A stretch of DNA of 64,000 bases, from NCBI GenBank assembly GCA_963836945.1, contig CAWILL010000014.1, positions 106,486-170,485 of the forward strand, written 5' to 3'. The notes beneath the pieces were generated by a model. It made no database searches. It worked only from the letters and a program-made list of their open reading frames with translations, and was not told the origin of the DNA. Numbering within the stretch: the first letter of the stretch is position 1; each line of letters starts with the position of its first letter. The position numbers and the translations under genes are program-made. Origin of the DNA: an uncultured Acidobacteriota bacterium. GTDB lineage: Bacteria > Acidobacteriota > Terriglobia > Terriglobales > Acidobacteriaceae. Positions 38,045 to 46,966 of the stretch are shown piece after piece.

Positions 38045-38218
38045 ATGTCCGCACCCAGCCGCCGGCCAGAGATTCGCCGACGTCGCACCCGCAAAGAAAA
38101 GATTGTTCAATTACGCAAGCGCTTGACTGACGCCAAAACCGACGCCGACCGCAGCCGCATCACCGCCAAACTGCACAAGCTCGCCATCATGTCCCCCGGC
38201 CAGCCGCTGCTGAAGTAG
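38045..38218 (+). CDS. Small basic protein, 57 aa (below the ORF-track cutoff)
   Basis: ATG preceded by AGGAG with a 6-nt spacer. Sequence MSAPSRRPEIRRRRTRKEKIVQLRKRLTDAKTDADRSRITAKLHKLAIMSPGQPLLK. Followed by a hairpin repeat. Confidence 0.5.
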   Translation: MSAPSRRPEIRRRRTRKEKIVQLRKRLTDAKTDADRSRITAKLHKLAIMSPGQPLLK

Positions 38219-38271
38219 CCTGGCATTCCGCGGCCAACCGGTGTGGCCCACCGAAAAAGATGAACTGGTGA

Positions 38272-38348
38272 GGGTGCCCCATCCTTGTCGCGTTTGGTGC
38301 GACAGAGCCTGCCCTGAGCGAAGTCGAAGGGGTGGGGATTTTGATTTT
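38272..38348 (+). repeat. Hairpin repeat family 2 (GGGTGCCCC...GTGGGGATTTT), intergenic copy with internal insert
   Basis: GGGTGCCCCATCCTTGTCGCG...GCGACAG...GGGGTGGGGATTTTGATTTT. Related copies at 41626-41670, 50662-50708 and 54933-54989. Confidence 0.75.
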
Positions 38349-38400
38349 CCAACGCGCAGATTGTGGAGACGAGGTGAGGGCCGCTTCGCACCCATACAAC

Positions 38401-39567
38401 TCAATCCGCCGCGTGCGATCTCGACTCGGCACGCTCGCACTGCGCGACCTGCCGGTAGGCATCCAACACGCGCCGCACCGAACTCTCCCAGGAGAACCGC
38501 GTCACCTGTTTGTAGCCGCGCTCCTTCATGCGCTCCCGCAGCGCCTTATCCATCAGGACGCGGTGCAGCGCCCGCATGATCTCAAATACATTTTCAGGAT
38601 TCACCAGCACTGCCGCATTCCCCACCACTTCCGGCAGGGACGTCGCGTTCGAAGTCACCACTGGCGTTCCGTGCGCCATGGCTTCGAGCGGAGGCAGACC
38701 AAACCCCTCATAGAGTGACGGAAACACGAAGATCTTCGCCGAGTCATAAAAAATACGCAGCACCTCGATCGGGATGAAGCCCAGGAATCGCACGTCGTTT
38801 TGGACTCCGCTTCTCACCACCGTCCGCCGCAGGTCCGGATTGCCAGACAGATCGTCTCCGATAATGATGAGCTTCAGGTCGGGATAAGCCTGGTCCCTTT
38901 CCAGTTCCGTCTTCAACGCTGAGAACGCCTCGATCATGCGCACCACATTTTTGTGCGGGCTGATGCGGCCAGCGTACAAGAGGAATGGATAGGTCACCTG
39001 ATACCGCTCGGCAATCAATTCACGATCGGCTGGGCTGGCATGCCCGTGCAAGAAGCGCTCGTCGATGGCGTTGTAGACCACCTCGATCCGGCTGGACGGA
39101 ATTTCGAATAGCTTCTCGATCTCGGTGCGCGTGAAATTTGAAACCGCAAAAATTCTTGCCGCGCCGCGCAGCACCTGCCGGGTCATCTGCATGTTCCACG
39201 TTCCCCAGAAACCAATCTGTTGGCGGGCGCCGGACATATGTTCGAACATGTCGTGCACCGTCATGACGTACGGGCACGGCATCATGCGCGGAACCGAAAA
39301 CAGGTTGGGGATATGGACCAGATCGCAATTGAGCCGCTTCAACGCAGTCCGGAACTCACGATAGCCTTGAAACGTGCGCTCAGGCGCCTCAGCAGGAATG
39401 TGGTGGAAGTTCGCGGGCAGGGGCCCGATTTCCTGGACCTTTGCCGGAGGCCCAATCAGAAAATACTCGTTCTCCTGATCGAGCCGGCAAAGCGTCCGAA
39501 CAATATTCCGGATATACGTGCCAACGCCGAACTCCGTCATCCGCCGGATATCGAGGGCGATCTTCAC
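38401..39567 (-). CDS. Glycosyltransferase family 4 (GT-B, group 1)
   Basis: C-terminal EGFGLPPLEAMAHGTPVVTSNATSLPEVVG motif, typical of GT4 enzymes. Confidence 0.85.
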   Translation of the reverse strand: MKIALDIRRMTEFGVGTYIRNIVRTLCRLDQENEYFLIGPPAKVQEIGPLPANFHHIPAEAPERTFQGYREFRTALKRLNCDLVHIPNLFSVPRMMPCPYVMTVHDMFEHMSGARQQIGFWGTWNMQMTRQVLRGAARIFAVSNFTRTEIEKLFEIPSSRIEVVYNAIDERFLHGHASPADRELIAERYQVTYPFLLYAGRISPHKNVVRMIEAFSALKTELERDQAYPDLKLIIIGDDLSGNPDLRRTVVRSGVQNDVRFLGFIPIEVLRIFYDSAKIFVFPSLYEGFGLPPLEAMAHGTPVVTSNATSLPEVVGNAAVLVNPENVFEIMRALHRVLMDKALRERMKERGYKQVTRFSWESSVRRVLDAYRQVAQCERAESRSHAAD

Positions 39568-40070
39568 CGATGAAATTTAAACACAGAGAACCCAAGGAAC
39601 ACAGAAGAATTGCACGTTGAAAAGCTGTTCCCTAATCGTGAAGGTCAAACCGCTGTAGTAGGTAACTGCTTAAAGTCCACCTCGGAAACCCAAGCGAGAT
39701 TGTAGAGAACCCGGCCGGGCATGTCGGGTGGCAAATCTCCTGGATTCGGCCATCGAGCCACGGCAGCCAGAGTCTCGGAAGCGCTGCGTTCGACAAAATG
39801 TGACCATGCTTCGCGGGACTCTCGTCTAGTCTCCCAAACATATACTCCCGGTGGTCCATGCCGTTGCGGGATGACGCCGGCCCAACTTGTGGAAGGCGTC
39901 CTGCACCCACCACCGTTGCCCACCAAGAATCCCCATCCCCTGAGAACGGAGGATGTTAACGGACGACCGGGACCTGCATGCGAATCCACCCGAATTCGCC
40001 ATTGCTGGCGCGAAAAGCATCTTGCTCAAGCTGGGGTGGAAACATGATTAACTCCTAATGTGTCGTGCGC

Positions 40071-41354
40071 CTAAACCTCAGCCTGCGCCTTGGCCCGCCG
40101 TTCCGCATAGAGCGGAAACGCCTCGCACAGTTCGAGCACGTGGCTACGCACCTTGCTCAGCACGGCAGCGTCATTGCGATGCAGAAGGACCTCGGCGATC
40201 CAGCGTCCGATCTGCCGCATCTCAGCTTCCTTCATCCCACGCGTCGTCAAGGCCGGCGTGCCAATGCGAATCCCGCTCGGCTTCATCGGAGGATTCGTGT
40301 CAAACGGAATGGCATTCTTGTTCACCGTGATTCCCGCCTCACCCAGCGCCTTCTCCGCGTCGCTGCCCAGCATGCCCTTCGAGAACACATCGATCAGCAT
40401 GAGGTGAGTATCGGTTCCACCGGAGATAATGCGGAAGCCTTCGTCCGCCAGCGTCTGCGCCAGCACCTTGGCATTGGCCACGATCTGCCGCGCATAATCG
40501 CGGAAATCAGGCTGCATCGCTTCCTGGAAGCAAACTGCCTTCGCCGCGATGATGTGCACCAGCGGCCCGCCCTGCATGCCCGGGAATACAACTTTATCGA
40601 TGGCCTGCGCGAATTCGGCTTTGGACAGAATCATCCCCGACCGTGGGCCCCGCAATGTCTTGTGGGTAGTCGAAGTAACAATGTGCGCGTGCGGAACCGG
40701 TGAAGGATGCGCGCCTCCCGCCACCAGCCCGGCGAAGTGCGCCATATCCACAAGATAGAGCGCGCCGACTTTGTCCGCGATCTGCCGCATGCGGGCAAAG
40801 TCAATGATCCGCGGATATGCGCTGCCGCCGCCAATGATCAGCTTCGGCCGTTCCTTCTCGGCGAGCTTCTCCAGTTCGTCGTAGTCAATTGTCTCGCTCT
40901 CCTTGGTTACGCCATAAGGAACAATCTTGTACGTCTTGCCGGAAAAATTCAGATGATGTCCGTGCGTCAGATGTCCGCCATGCGCCAGGTTCAGCCCGAG
41001 GATCGTGTCGCCCGGTTGGAGCACGGCGGCATACGCTTCCATGTTGGCCTGCGACCCTGCGTGTGGCTGCACGTTGGCGTGTTCCGCGCCGAAAAGCTGC
41101 TTCGCTCGGTCACGAGCGAGGTTCTCCACGACATCGGTGAACTCGCATCCGCCGTAGTAGCGCTTTCCCGGATATCCTTCGGCATATTTGTTCGTGAACA
41201 CCGATCCGGCGGCTTCGAGCACAGCTTCGCTGACAAAGTTTTCTGACGCAATCAGCTCCAACCCTTCGTGTTGGCGCCGCGTTTCGTTATCAATGGCCGC
41301 GGCAATCTGCGGATCGGCTTCGTACAGCGGACGGTACATCTTCGTGTTTTTCAT
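40071..41354 (-). CDS. glyA: Serine hydroxymethyltransferase
   Basis: Start trimmed to [24 protein letters not shown]. Motifs [23 protein letters not shown] and [12 protein letters not shown] (PLP lysine). ATGA overlap with the GNAT gene stop. Confidence 0.95.
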   Translation of the reverse strand: MKNTKMYRPLYEADPQIAAAIDNETRRQHEGLELIASENFVSEAVLEAAGSVFTNKYAEGYPGKRYYGGCEFTDVVENLARDRAKQLFGAEHANVQPHAGSQANMEAYAAVLQPGDTILGLNLAHGGHLTHGHHLNFSGKTYKIVPYGVTKESETIDYDELEKLAEKERPKLIIGGGSAYPRIIDFARMRQIADKVGALYLVDMAHFAGLVAGGAHPSPVPHAHIVTSTTHKTLRGPRSGMILSKAEFAQAIDKVVFPGMQGGPLVHIIAAKAVCFQEAMQPDFRDYARQIVANAKVLAQTLADEGFRIISGGTDTHLMLIDVFSKGMLGSDAEKALGEAGITVNKNAIPFDTNPPMKPSGIRIGTPALTTRGMKEAEMRQIGRWIAEVLLHRNDAAVLSKVRSHVLELCEAFPLYAERRAKAQAEV

Positions 41355-41875
41355 TTCGTTTCCCTGATTTCGTATATATCGGCCCGGTGCAACTCCATGT
41401 AGCGGTCCGGCGCTTTCAGCGGTGTGAATCCAGACTTCGCGTAAAGCCCATGCGCATCCCGGGTCAGCAGAATCCATCGACGCAGCCCTTGCAGGGAAGG
41501 ATGCTGCAGGATGCGCTCCATCATCCACTTGCTCAACCCGCGCCCGCGATACGTTTCGAGCACGAACACATCACCGAGATATGCCACGGTGGCGAAGTCA
41601 CTGATCACCCGCGCAAACCCGACTTGGGGTGCCCCACTTCTAGCTGGTTTTGCCAGCAATGGGGATTTTTCGCCCACCTCATGATAAATCCCGAAGCACA
41701 ACGAATGCTCAATCGATCGTTCCACCACATCCCGCGGAATCCCTTTCGCCCAATAACAATTCGTGAGGAATTCGTGGATTACGTCCAGATCAAGCCGGGC
41801 GCGGTCTGTACTGATCACAAACTCCCCGCGCCGGGATTCCATCACACCGGACGCGGAAATGGGATCGAACTCCAT
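41351..41875 (-). CDS. GNAT family N-acetyltransferase carrying an in-frame repeat-derived insert
   Basis: Acetyl-CoA motif [15 protein letters not shown]. The segment [15 protein letters not shown] is encoded by the hairpin repeat at 41626-41670. Confidence 0.8.
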   Translation of the reverse strand: MEFDPISASGVMESRRGEFVISTDRARLDLDVIHEFLTNCYWAKGIPRDVVERSIEHSLCFGIYHEVGEKSPLLAKPARSGAPQVGFARVISDFATVAYLGDVFVLETYRGRGLSKWMMERILQHPSLQGLRRWILLTRDAHGLYAKSGFTPLKAPDRYMELHRADIYEIRETK

Positions 41876-41896
41876 GCCGCAATTCTAACTGCTCTA

Positions 41897-41957
41897 ACCA
41901 CGAAGGACACGAAGTTGCACGAAGATCCAATTGTGTTCCTTAGTGTCCTTCGTGGTG
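41897..41957. repeat. Hairpin repeat family 3 (ACCACGAAGGACAC ... GTGTCCTTCGTGGT)
   Basis: Perfect 14-bp inverted repeat with a 33-nt loop, between the hydrolase stop and the GNAT start. Related copies at 55715-55778 and 61899-61927. Confidence 0.75.
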
Positions 41958-41965
41958 ATCGCCTT

Positions 41966-43078
41966 TCAAAACGCCGACCGCAGAAACGAAACCAACTGCC
42001 ACCCATCCATGTACTTGTAGGGAGTCTCCCCGGTTGTGTAGTGACCACACGGCAGCACCGCCACCTTGTGCTCCAGCCCATGCCGAGCAAACTCCTCAAC
42101 CACCTGCCGCGAAAATTCCGGCAGGAAGGTCAAATCGTATGCCGCATAGACAATCAGCGATTTCTTGGGCCAGCGCGAGAATTGCTCGAAGTACGACATC
42201 GGACTGATCGCCCGCCAGACATTCCGCAATTCTGCCAGATCAATCCTCTCTTCAATTCCCTGGCGGATGTGCCGGGTCGATTGCCCGTGCCACACGACAT
42301 CGGCAAAATACGTGGACGCATGATTGAAAGCCGCCACCCGAATCCGTGGATCATGCGCCGCCGCAATGAACGCATAGCAAGATCCCAGGCTCGTGCCCAC
42401 AATGCCGAGATTCGAGTAGCCCTGCTGTTCGAGCCAGTCGAGGCAGCAACGAATATCAATCACGCCTTGGCGTGTGGCGTCGAGAGTGCGCCCGATGTTC
42501 GCCGAAACCGCGTAGTCCGCGCGCCTGATTTCGGCCGGCATCCGAATGTCGTGATACGGCATGCTCAGCCGCAGAACGGCGATTCCAAGCAAGTTGAATA
42601 CGCGGCATAGGCCGACGTAGGCAATCGCATCGGAATTCCAGTGCGGCAGCAGAACCACCGCTCGCCGTCCACGCGCGGGAAACCAGCGCGCATTCGCCAC
42701 ATTGTTTTCGGGATACGGCGTGCTTACCGGAGAGGTAAATCGCAGAAATTCCCCAAACGTCCCCTTGACCTTGGCTTCAACTTTCGGATCAGGCACTTCG
42801 CGCGTCGAGAAAACCTGTACTTCGCGCTGCTCCAGGCGGAAGTCGCGCGGTTTCGTGTAGGAATAGTACTCGTCACTCGAAGCTACGATGCGGCGGTTGT
42901 AATCCAGAAAGAATTGTTCGGGCTTCTCGGCCGCCTGCCTGGGAGAATGCCCGTTACGGCAGGGCCATTCCCCAGCCCACTCGACTCCCCACTCCAGCGG
43001 ACGGACTACACGGTTGTTGTCCACCGACGTGAGCCGGTGCTCCCAGTCATACATCCACTGTGCGTAGCGGGAAGGCAT
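41966..43078 (-). CDS. Alpha/beta hydrolase family protein
   Basis: 370 aa, with nucleophile elbow IVGTSLGSCYA (GxSxG) and His near LPCGHY. Confidence 0.75.
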   Translation of the reverse strand: MPSRYAQWMYDWEHRLTSVDNNRVVRPLEWGVEWAGEWPCRNGHSPRQAAEKPEQFFLDYNRRIVASSDEYYSYTKPRDFRLEQREVQVFSTREVPDPKVEAKVKGTFGEFLRFTSPVSTPYPENNVANARWFPARGRRAVVLLPHWNSDAIAYVGLCRVFNLLGIAVLRLSMPYHDIRMPAEIRRADYAVSANIGRTLDATRQGVIDIRCCLDWLEQQGYSNLGIVGTSLGSCYAFIAAAHDPRIRVAAFNHASTYFADVVWHGQSTRHIRQGIEERIDLAELRNVWRAISPMSYFEQFSRWPKKSLIVYAAYDLTFLPEFSRQVVEEFARHGLEHKVAVLPCGHYTTGETPYKYMDGWQLVSFLRSAF

Positions 43079-43327
43079 AAGGAACCTCCCAGTCTAGCAA
43101 GCGAGCGCCCCGCATTTAGGCCAGATTCAGCCAACGGCAGCAATTCGCTGTCGACCTTGCTATTTGTCAACTTAGGCGGGCCGGTGGCTGGGGAACAGCG
43201 CAGCCCATTTTGGGACATGAATAGAAGAACTCCGACATCTTGTGACATCCGACACGGACCGTGCTTCGGGACCGTTTAATCATCAAGAAGCGATGCTAAT
43301 TGAAGTGTAACTACATTTGGAGTTACA

Positions 43328-43623
43328 ATGCGATTTGAGTGGGACGACGCGAAGAACCGCGTGCGAATGTTCGTAAGCACGGCTTTCATTTCGCAGATGC
43401 CACTGAAATGTTCGGTGGACCGTTCCTGGCCCGGCCCGATACTCGCGAAGATTATGGGGAACAGCGTTGGATCGGAGTTGGCATGACGAAGGGTCGCGTG
43501 GCTTTTGTGGCCTCCTCCGTAGAGTCACAGGAAACGATTCGAATCATTTCCCTAAGGAAAGCGAGCAATGAAGAGCACCAAGAACACGAAACTGCGATCA
43601 AGGACAGATTGGAAGCGAATTGA
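43328..43623 (+). pseudogene. brnT: BrnT family toxin, frameshifted near the N-terminus
   Basis: ATG 43328 encodes MRFEWDDAKNR. The conserved continuation ANVRKHGFHFADA...GEQRWIGVG...IRIISLRKAS is in another frame (track ORF from GTG 43339). Two surplus nucleotides lie at 43361-43362. Confidence 0.6.
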
Positions 43624-43840
43624 CGCCATGGAGGATGAGGGTATCGATTTTTCGGATATCCCAGAACAGGGTCCCGATTTCTTTGCCAACGCCATTCTCT
43701 GGCCCGGACCGAAGCGGCAGATCACTCTCCGCCTAGACCCTGACGTGCTCAAATTTTTCCGGAAACAAGGACGTGGATACCAGACGACGATCAATGCGGT
43801 GCTGCGAAAGTACATGGAAGCGCAAGAGCGGAGAACCTGA
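43568..43840 (+). CDS. brnA: BrnA antitoxin family protein
   Basis: TDWKRIDAMEDEGIDFSDIPE...ITLRLDPDVLKFFRKQGRGYQTTINAVLRKYMEA, typical of BrnA (RHH-like) antitoxins. Confidence 0.8.
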   Translation: MKSTKNTKLRSRTDWKRIDAMEDEGIDFSDIPEQGPDFFANAILWPGPKRQITLRLDPDVLKFFRKQGRGYQTTINAVLRKYMEAQERRT

Positions 43841-43842
43841 GA

Positions 43843-45018
43843 CTAGCTCACATACCGCCGCGGCACGCGCTTTGAGATATTGCACAGGATTTCGTACGGC
43901 GAACTGTTTGCCAGCCGCGCGTGTTCGAGCGCATCGACACTCAGCCCGTCGCAGGTTCCCAGCAGAATCACTTCATCTCCGACGGAGACACCGGGAATTC
44001 CGGTCACGTCGACCAGAGTCAAATCCATCGAGATGCTACCCAGAATCGGCGCATAGTGTTCGCGCAAAATCACGCGGCCTCGATTCGACAGTTGCCGATT
44101 GTATCCGTCGGCATATCCCACCGGAAGCACCGCCACATGCGCTGGAGCTTTGGTCACATAAGTCGCGCCGTATCCGAGGGCTTGGTTCGCCCCGAAATTC
44201 CGCAGCGACAGAATCCGTGTCTTCCACGTAAGAATCGGTTTCAGTGGCAACCGCAGAGTGCCGCCGCTCACCTCGCGTCCGGCGCGCTGAAACGGCAAAT
44301 AGTACCCATACAGCGAAACTCCCGGCCGCACCATCGTGTTCCAGGTTTCACGCCGCGAGATCACCGCGCTGGTATTGGCGACGTGCACGAACCTGGGTTC
44401 AAGACCAGCGTCTCGCACCATGCCTCGCGCCGCTTCGAAACTGTGTTCCTGCTCGGCCACCGATGGCGCATCCATGATCTCCGACGATGCCAGATGAGTG
44501 GACAGCCCTTCGACGGTGAGATGCTTCGCCGAGCGCAAAACATTGAGCACCGTCGGAAGCTGATCGATCCCTACGCCCAGCCGACCCATCCCCGTGTCGA
44601 CCTTCAGGTGCACGGGATGCTGCGCCACTCCAAGTCCAGCGGCCGCCTTGTCCAGCGACTCGATTTGAGATGGCTCCCACACGGTCGGCGTGAGATGCAG
44701 GCGCACGATTTCGCCCTCTTCACCGCGCCAGAATCCGGTCATCAGCAAGATATTCGCCCGCACTCCCGCGTCCCGCAGTGGAATCGCCTCGTCCAGCGAA
44801 GTGACGCCCAGCCACTGCGCGCCTTCCGCCTCGAGCGACTTTGAGCATTCCACGGCGCCGTGGCCGTAGGCATCGGCCTTGACGACAGCACACACGGTCA
44901 CCGCCGCGCTCACATGCTTCTGCACTGTTCGGAAGTTTTGCCGCAAGGTTGTCAGCGATACGTCAGCCCACGTCGGACGCGTCGCCGCACGGCTCAGGAT
45001 TTCTGCAGTCGTTGCCAC
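43843..45018 (-). CDS. alr: Alanine racemase
   Basis: PLP-lysine motif AVVKADAYGHGA and C-terminal GYADGY, at the expected length. Confidence 0.9.
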   Translation of the reverse strand: MATTAEILSRAATRPTWADVSLTTLRQNFRTVQKHVSAAVTVCAVVKADAYGHGAVECSKSLEAEGAQWLGVTSLDEAIPLRDAGVRANILLMTGFWRGEEGEIVRLHLTPTVWEPSQIESLDKAAAGLGVAQHPVHLKVDTGMGRLGVGIDQLPTVLNVLRSAKHLTVEGLSTHLASSEIMDAPSVAEQEHSFEAARGMVRDAGLEPRFVHVANTSAVISRRETWNTMVRPGVSLYGYYLPFQRAGREVSGGTLRLPLKPILTWKTRILSLRNFGANQALGYGATYVTKAPAHVAVLPVGYADGYNRQLSNRGRVILREHYAPILGSISMDLTLVDVTGIPGVSVGDEVILLGTCDGLSVDALEHARLANSSPYEILCNISKRVPRRYVS

Positions 45019-45108
45019 TCTCGCGATTATAGCGGGAGCGCGCCGCGCGCCGAGGTTACGCTGGGGCTACTCCCGCCATCGCCTCCAGCAAACAAGTCCG
45101 TCGAATCT

Positions 45109-45840
45109 CTAACGTCCATCCAGCATGAAGTTCACCGTGATCTGCGTCTCCACCTCGATGACGTCGCCGTTCAGAATGTAAGGCCGATACCGCCACTGGC
45201 TCACTGCGTCAAGCGCCGCGCCCACCAGCATCGGATGCCCCGAAACCAGCCTCAGGTTATCAATGGTCCCCGCTTTGCTGATCACGGCCACCAGCACGAC
45301 CGTTCCCTGAATACGAGCCTGACGCGCCAAGGGCGGATAGGTCGGTTCCACCCGGCGAATCAGGCTGCCCTGCAATATGCTCGAAGTGCGGAATATTTTG
45401 GTAACCGGTTTTGGAGCCACGGGCATCACCGGCCGCGTTCCCCCGCTGAATGGTATGGGCAGGCCAGGTCCCTCGCCGACATACGGACCGATGGGTAGGC
45501 CCGGATCACCGCTCGGGTCTGAGACCGGAGTCGTGTCCCTGTCCGGTTGAAATCCATGAGGGATCCGTGTCGGCGCCATAATGCGGCCGATGGACGGACC
45601 GATCGTCACTCCACGGGTCCGCCCGCCGTGCGGCTGCGGCGCTGGCCCAGGATCTCTCCTCCCCAATGTAATCGGCGTCGAGACCGCCGTCCGCCCCGAG
45701 GGCAGCCCCACGGTCGTCAGCAGCGGAATCAGCAACAGCAGTCCAACGATCACCGCCTGCAGTCCGAATGATGTCAGGGTCATCCAGCTGCGGCGTCCCC
45801 GCTCGGCCCAGGAAGTCTCCAGCAAGCTATCGGCAAACAT
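45109..45840 (-). CDS. Energy transducer TonB family protein
   Basis: Start trimmed to MFADSLLETSW. Single TM (LQAVIVGLLLLIPLL), a Pro-rich linker, and the C-terminal TonB domain YPPLARQARIQGTVVLVAVISKAGTIDNLRLVSGHPML. Confidence 0.85.
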   Translation of the reverse strand: MFADSLLETSWAERGRRSWMTLTSFGLQAVIVGLLLLIPLLTTVGLPSGRTAVSTPITLGRRDPGPAPQPHGGRTRGVTIGPSIGRIMAPTRIPHGFQPDRDTTPVSDPSGDPGLPIGPYVGEGPGLPIPFSGGTRPVMPVAPKPVTKIFRTSSILQGSLIRRVEPTYPPLARQARIQGTVVLVAVISKAGTIDNLRLVSGHPMLVGAALDAVSQWRYRPYILNGDVIEVETQITVNFMLDGR

Positions 45841-45911
45841 GGTGTCCTCCAGCGTGAACTCTTGCCTGCTGCTATGGACACCACGAGAAGAAATGCAGGC
45901 GCCGCGCGCAC

Positions 45912-45940
45912 AAAAAATAAAAGCCGCGTCGTAACGCGGC
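45912..45940 (-). terminator. Rho-independent terminator after skp
   Basis: Minus strand: GCCGCGU-UACG-ACGCGGC followed by UUUUAUUUUUU. Confidence 0.8.
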
Positions 45941-45979
45941 CTCGTGGAACTTTTCGGACACCCGGGGTGTCCGCTTGGG

Positions 45980-46711
45980 TTACTGTTTTGGCGGCTCGCT
46001 CGGCTTCGGCGTCGCGGGCTTCGGTGTCGTCGTGGCCGGAGCTCTCGGCGCGGGCTTTGTCCCGCCTGCCGATGAGGCCGGAGCGGCAACGCCCGATTGC
46101 ACGTTGTAGCTATCGACCACGTTCTTGGTGATGTCTACCGCATCGGGGTTCCACCACAGCACCGGGCTCTGGGGCCACGGCTTGGACGTGTCGATGATCA
46201 TCGTGTATCCGTTTTCCTGCGCGTATTTCACGATGAGCGGTGCCATCTTGGAAAGAATCCGGCCCGCAATCTCCTGTTGCTGATTGCCAACTTCTTCCTG
46301 CGCATCCTGCACGTTGCGGTCGAAGGACTTCTGCTTACCATCGATCTGCCTCTTCAGGGTATCCAGCGCTTCCGGGTTCAGTTTGTCCTGCTGAGTAGTA
46401 AGCTGTTTCTTGAGTGACTCGAGTTCATCGTTCTGATTCTTCAGCTCAGCCTGCTTGGGTTCATACTTCTTCTGCAGGGCGTCCATATCGCGACGGCCTT
46501 CATTGGAGGCGATAATCGCATCCTGAATGTTGATGGTTCCTACCTTCCCCGGTCCGGTGGGAACGGGGGCTGTTGCCGCAGGAGTAGAGGCCGGCGTGGA
46601 TGTCGGCGCAGCCGCGCTCGACGGAGTGGCAGCACTGCCGGTTTGGGCAAATGCAGAGAACGTGAATGTCGCTGCTATCGCCAGTACAACGCTCAGAAAC
46701 TTGCTTTTCAT
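45980..46711 (-). CDS. skp: OmpH/Skp family periplasmic chaperone
   Basis: Signal peptide, a low-complexity A/P/T linker, then the coiled-coil KVGTINIQDAI...LQKKYEPKQAELKNQNDELESLKKQL. Located directly downstream of bamA. Confidence 0.85.
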   Translation of the reverse strand: MKSKFLSVVLAIAATFTFSAFAQTGSAATPSSAAAPTSTPASTPAATAPVPTGPGKVGTINIQDAIIASNEGRRDMDALQKKYEPKQAELKNQNDELESLKKQLTTQQDKLNPEALDTLKRQIDGKQKSFDRNVQDAQEEVGNQQQEIAGRILSKMAPLIVKYAQENGYTMIIDTSKPWPQSPVLWWNPDAVDITKNVVDSYNVQSGVAAPASSAGGTKPAPRAPATTTPKPATPKPSEPPKQ

Positions 46712-46966
46712 TGGATTGGTTGAACTCCTTGGAACATGGTTCCACGAATAACTTCGAATCTCGTTCTCGGATCGCTTCTTCAGTTAATGCTGGGCCGCAC
46801 TGAATGAGGTCCCCGCTGCGGTAGCGGCCGCCATCGGACTAGGCGCACTAGACTCGCCAGCATCGCACGCCGCGCACACAGACGTGCTGTCCACACTTTG
46901 CAGCTTCACTCAATGGCGTGAATCATCAACATTATAGTGACCTCGCTCTGGCAGCGTCAAACCTGT

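Noticed and set aside
39632-40045. 138-codon frame with a good AGGAG-N6-ATG (40045) interrupted by a single TAA (39956-39958). An alternative frame, 39645..39989, was also considered. Possibly a disrupted gene in the 500-nt glyA / GT4 spacer.
   Set aside because: The translated products are Trp/Cys/Pro-rich with no recognisable domain. A fragment resembling repeat family 2 (GGGGATGGGGATTCTT) sits just after the stop. I could not decide between a decayed gene and chance, so it is not called.
41387-42610. 407-aa ORF on the plus strand
   Set aside because: It is antisense to the GNAT and alpha/beta-hydrolase genes. It is Arg/Pro/His-rich with no motifs, so it is a shadow ORF.
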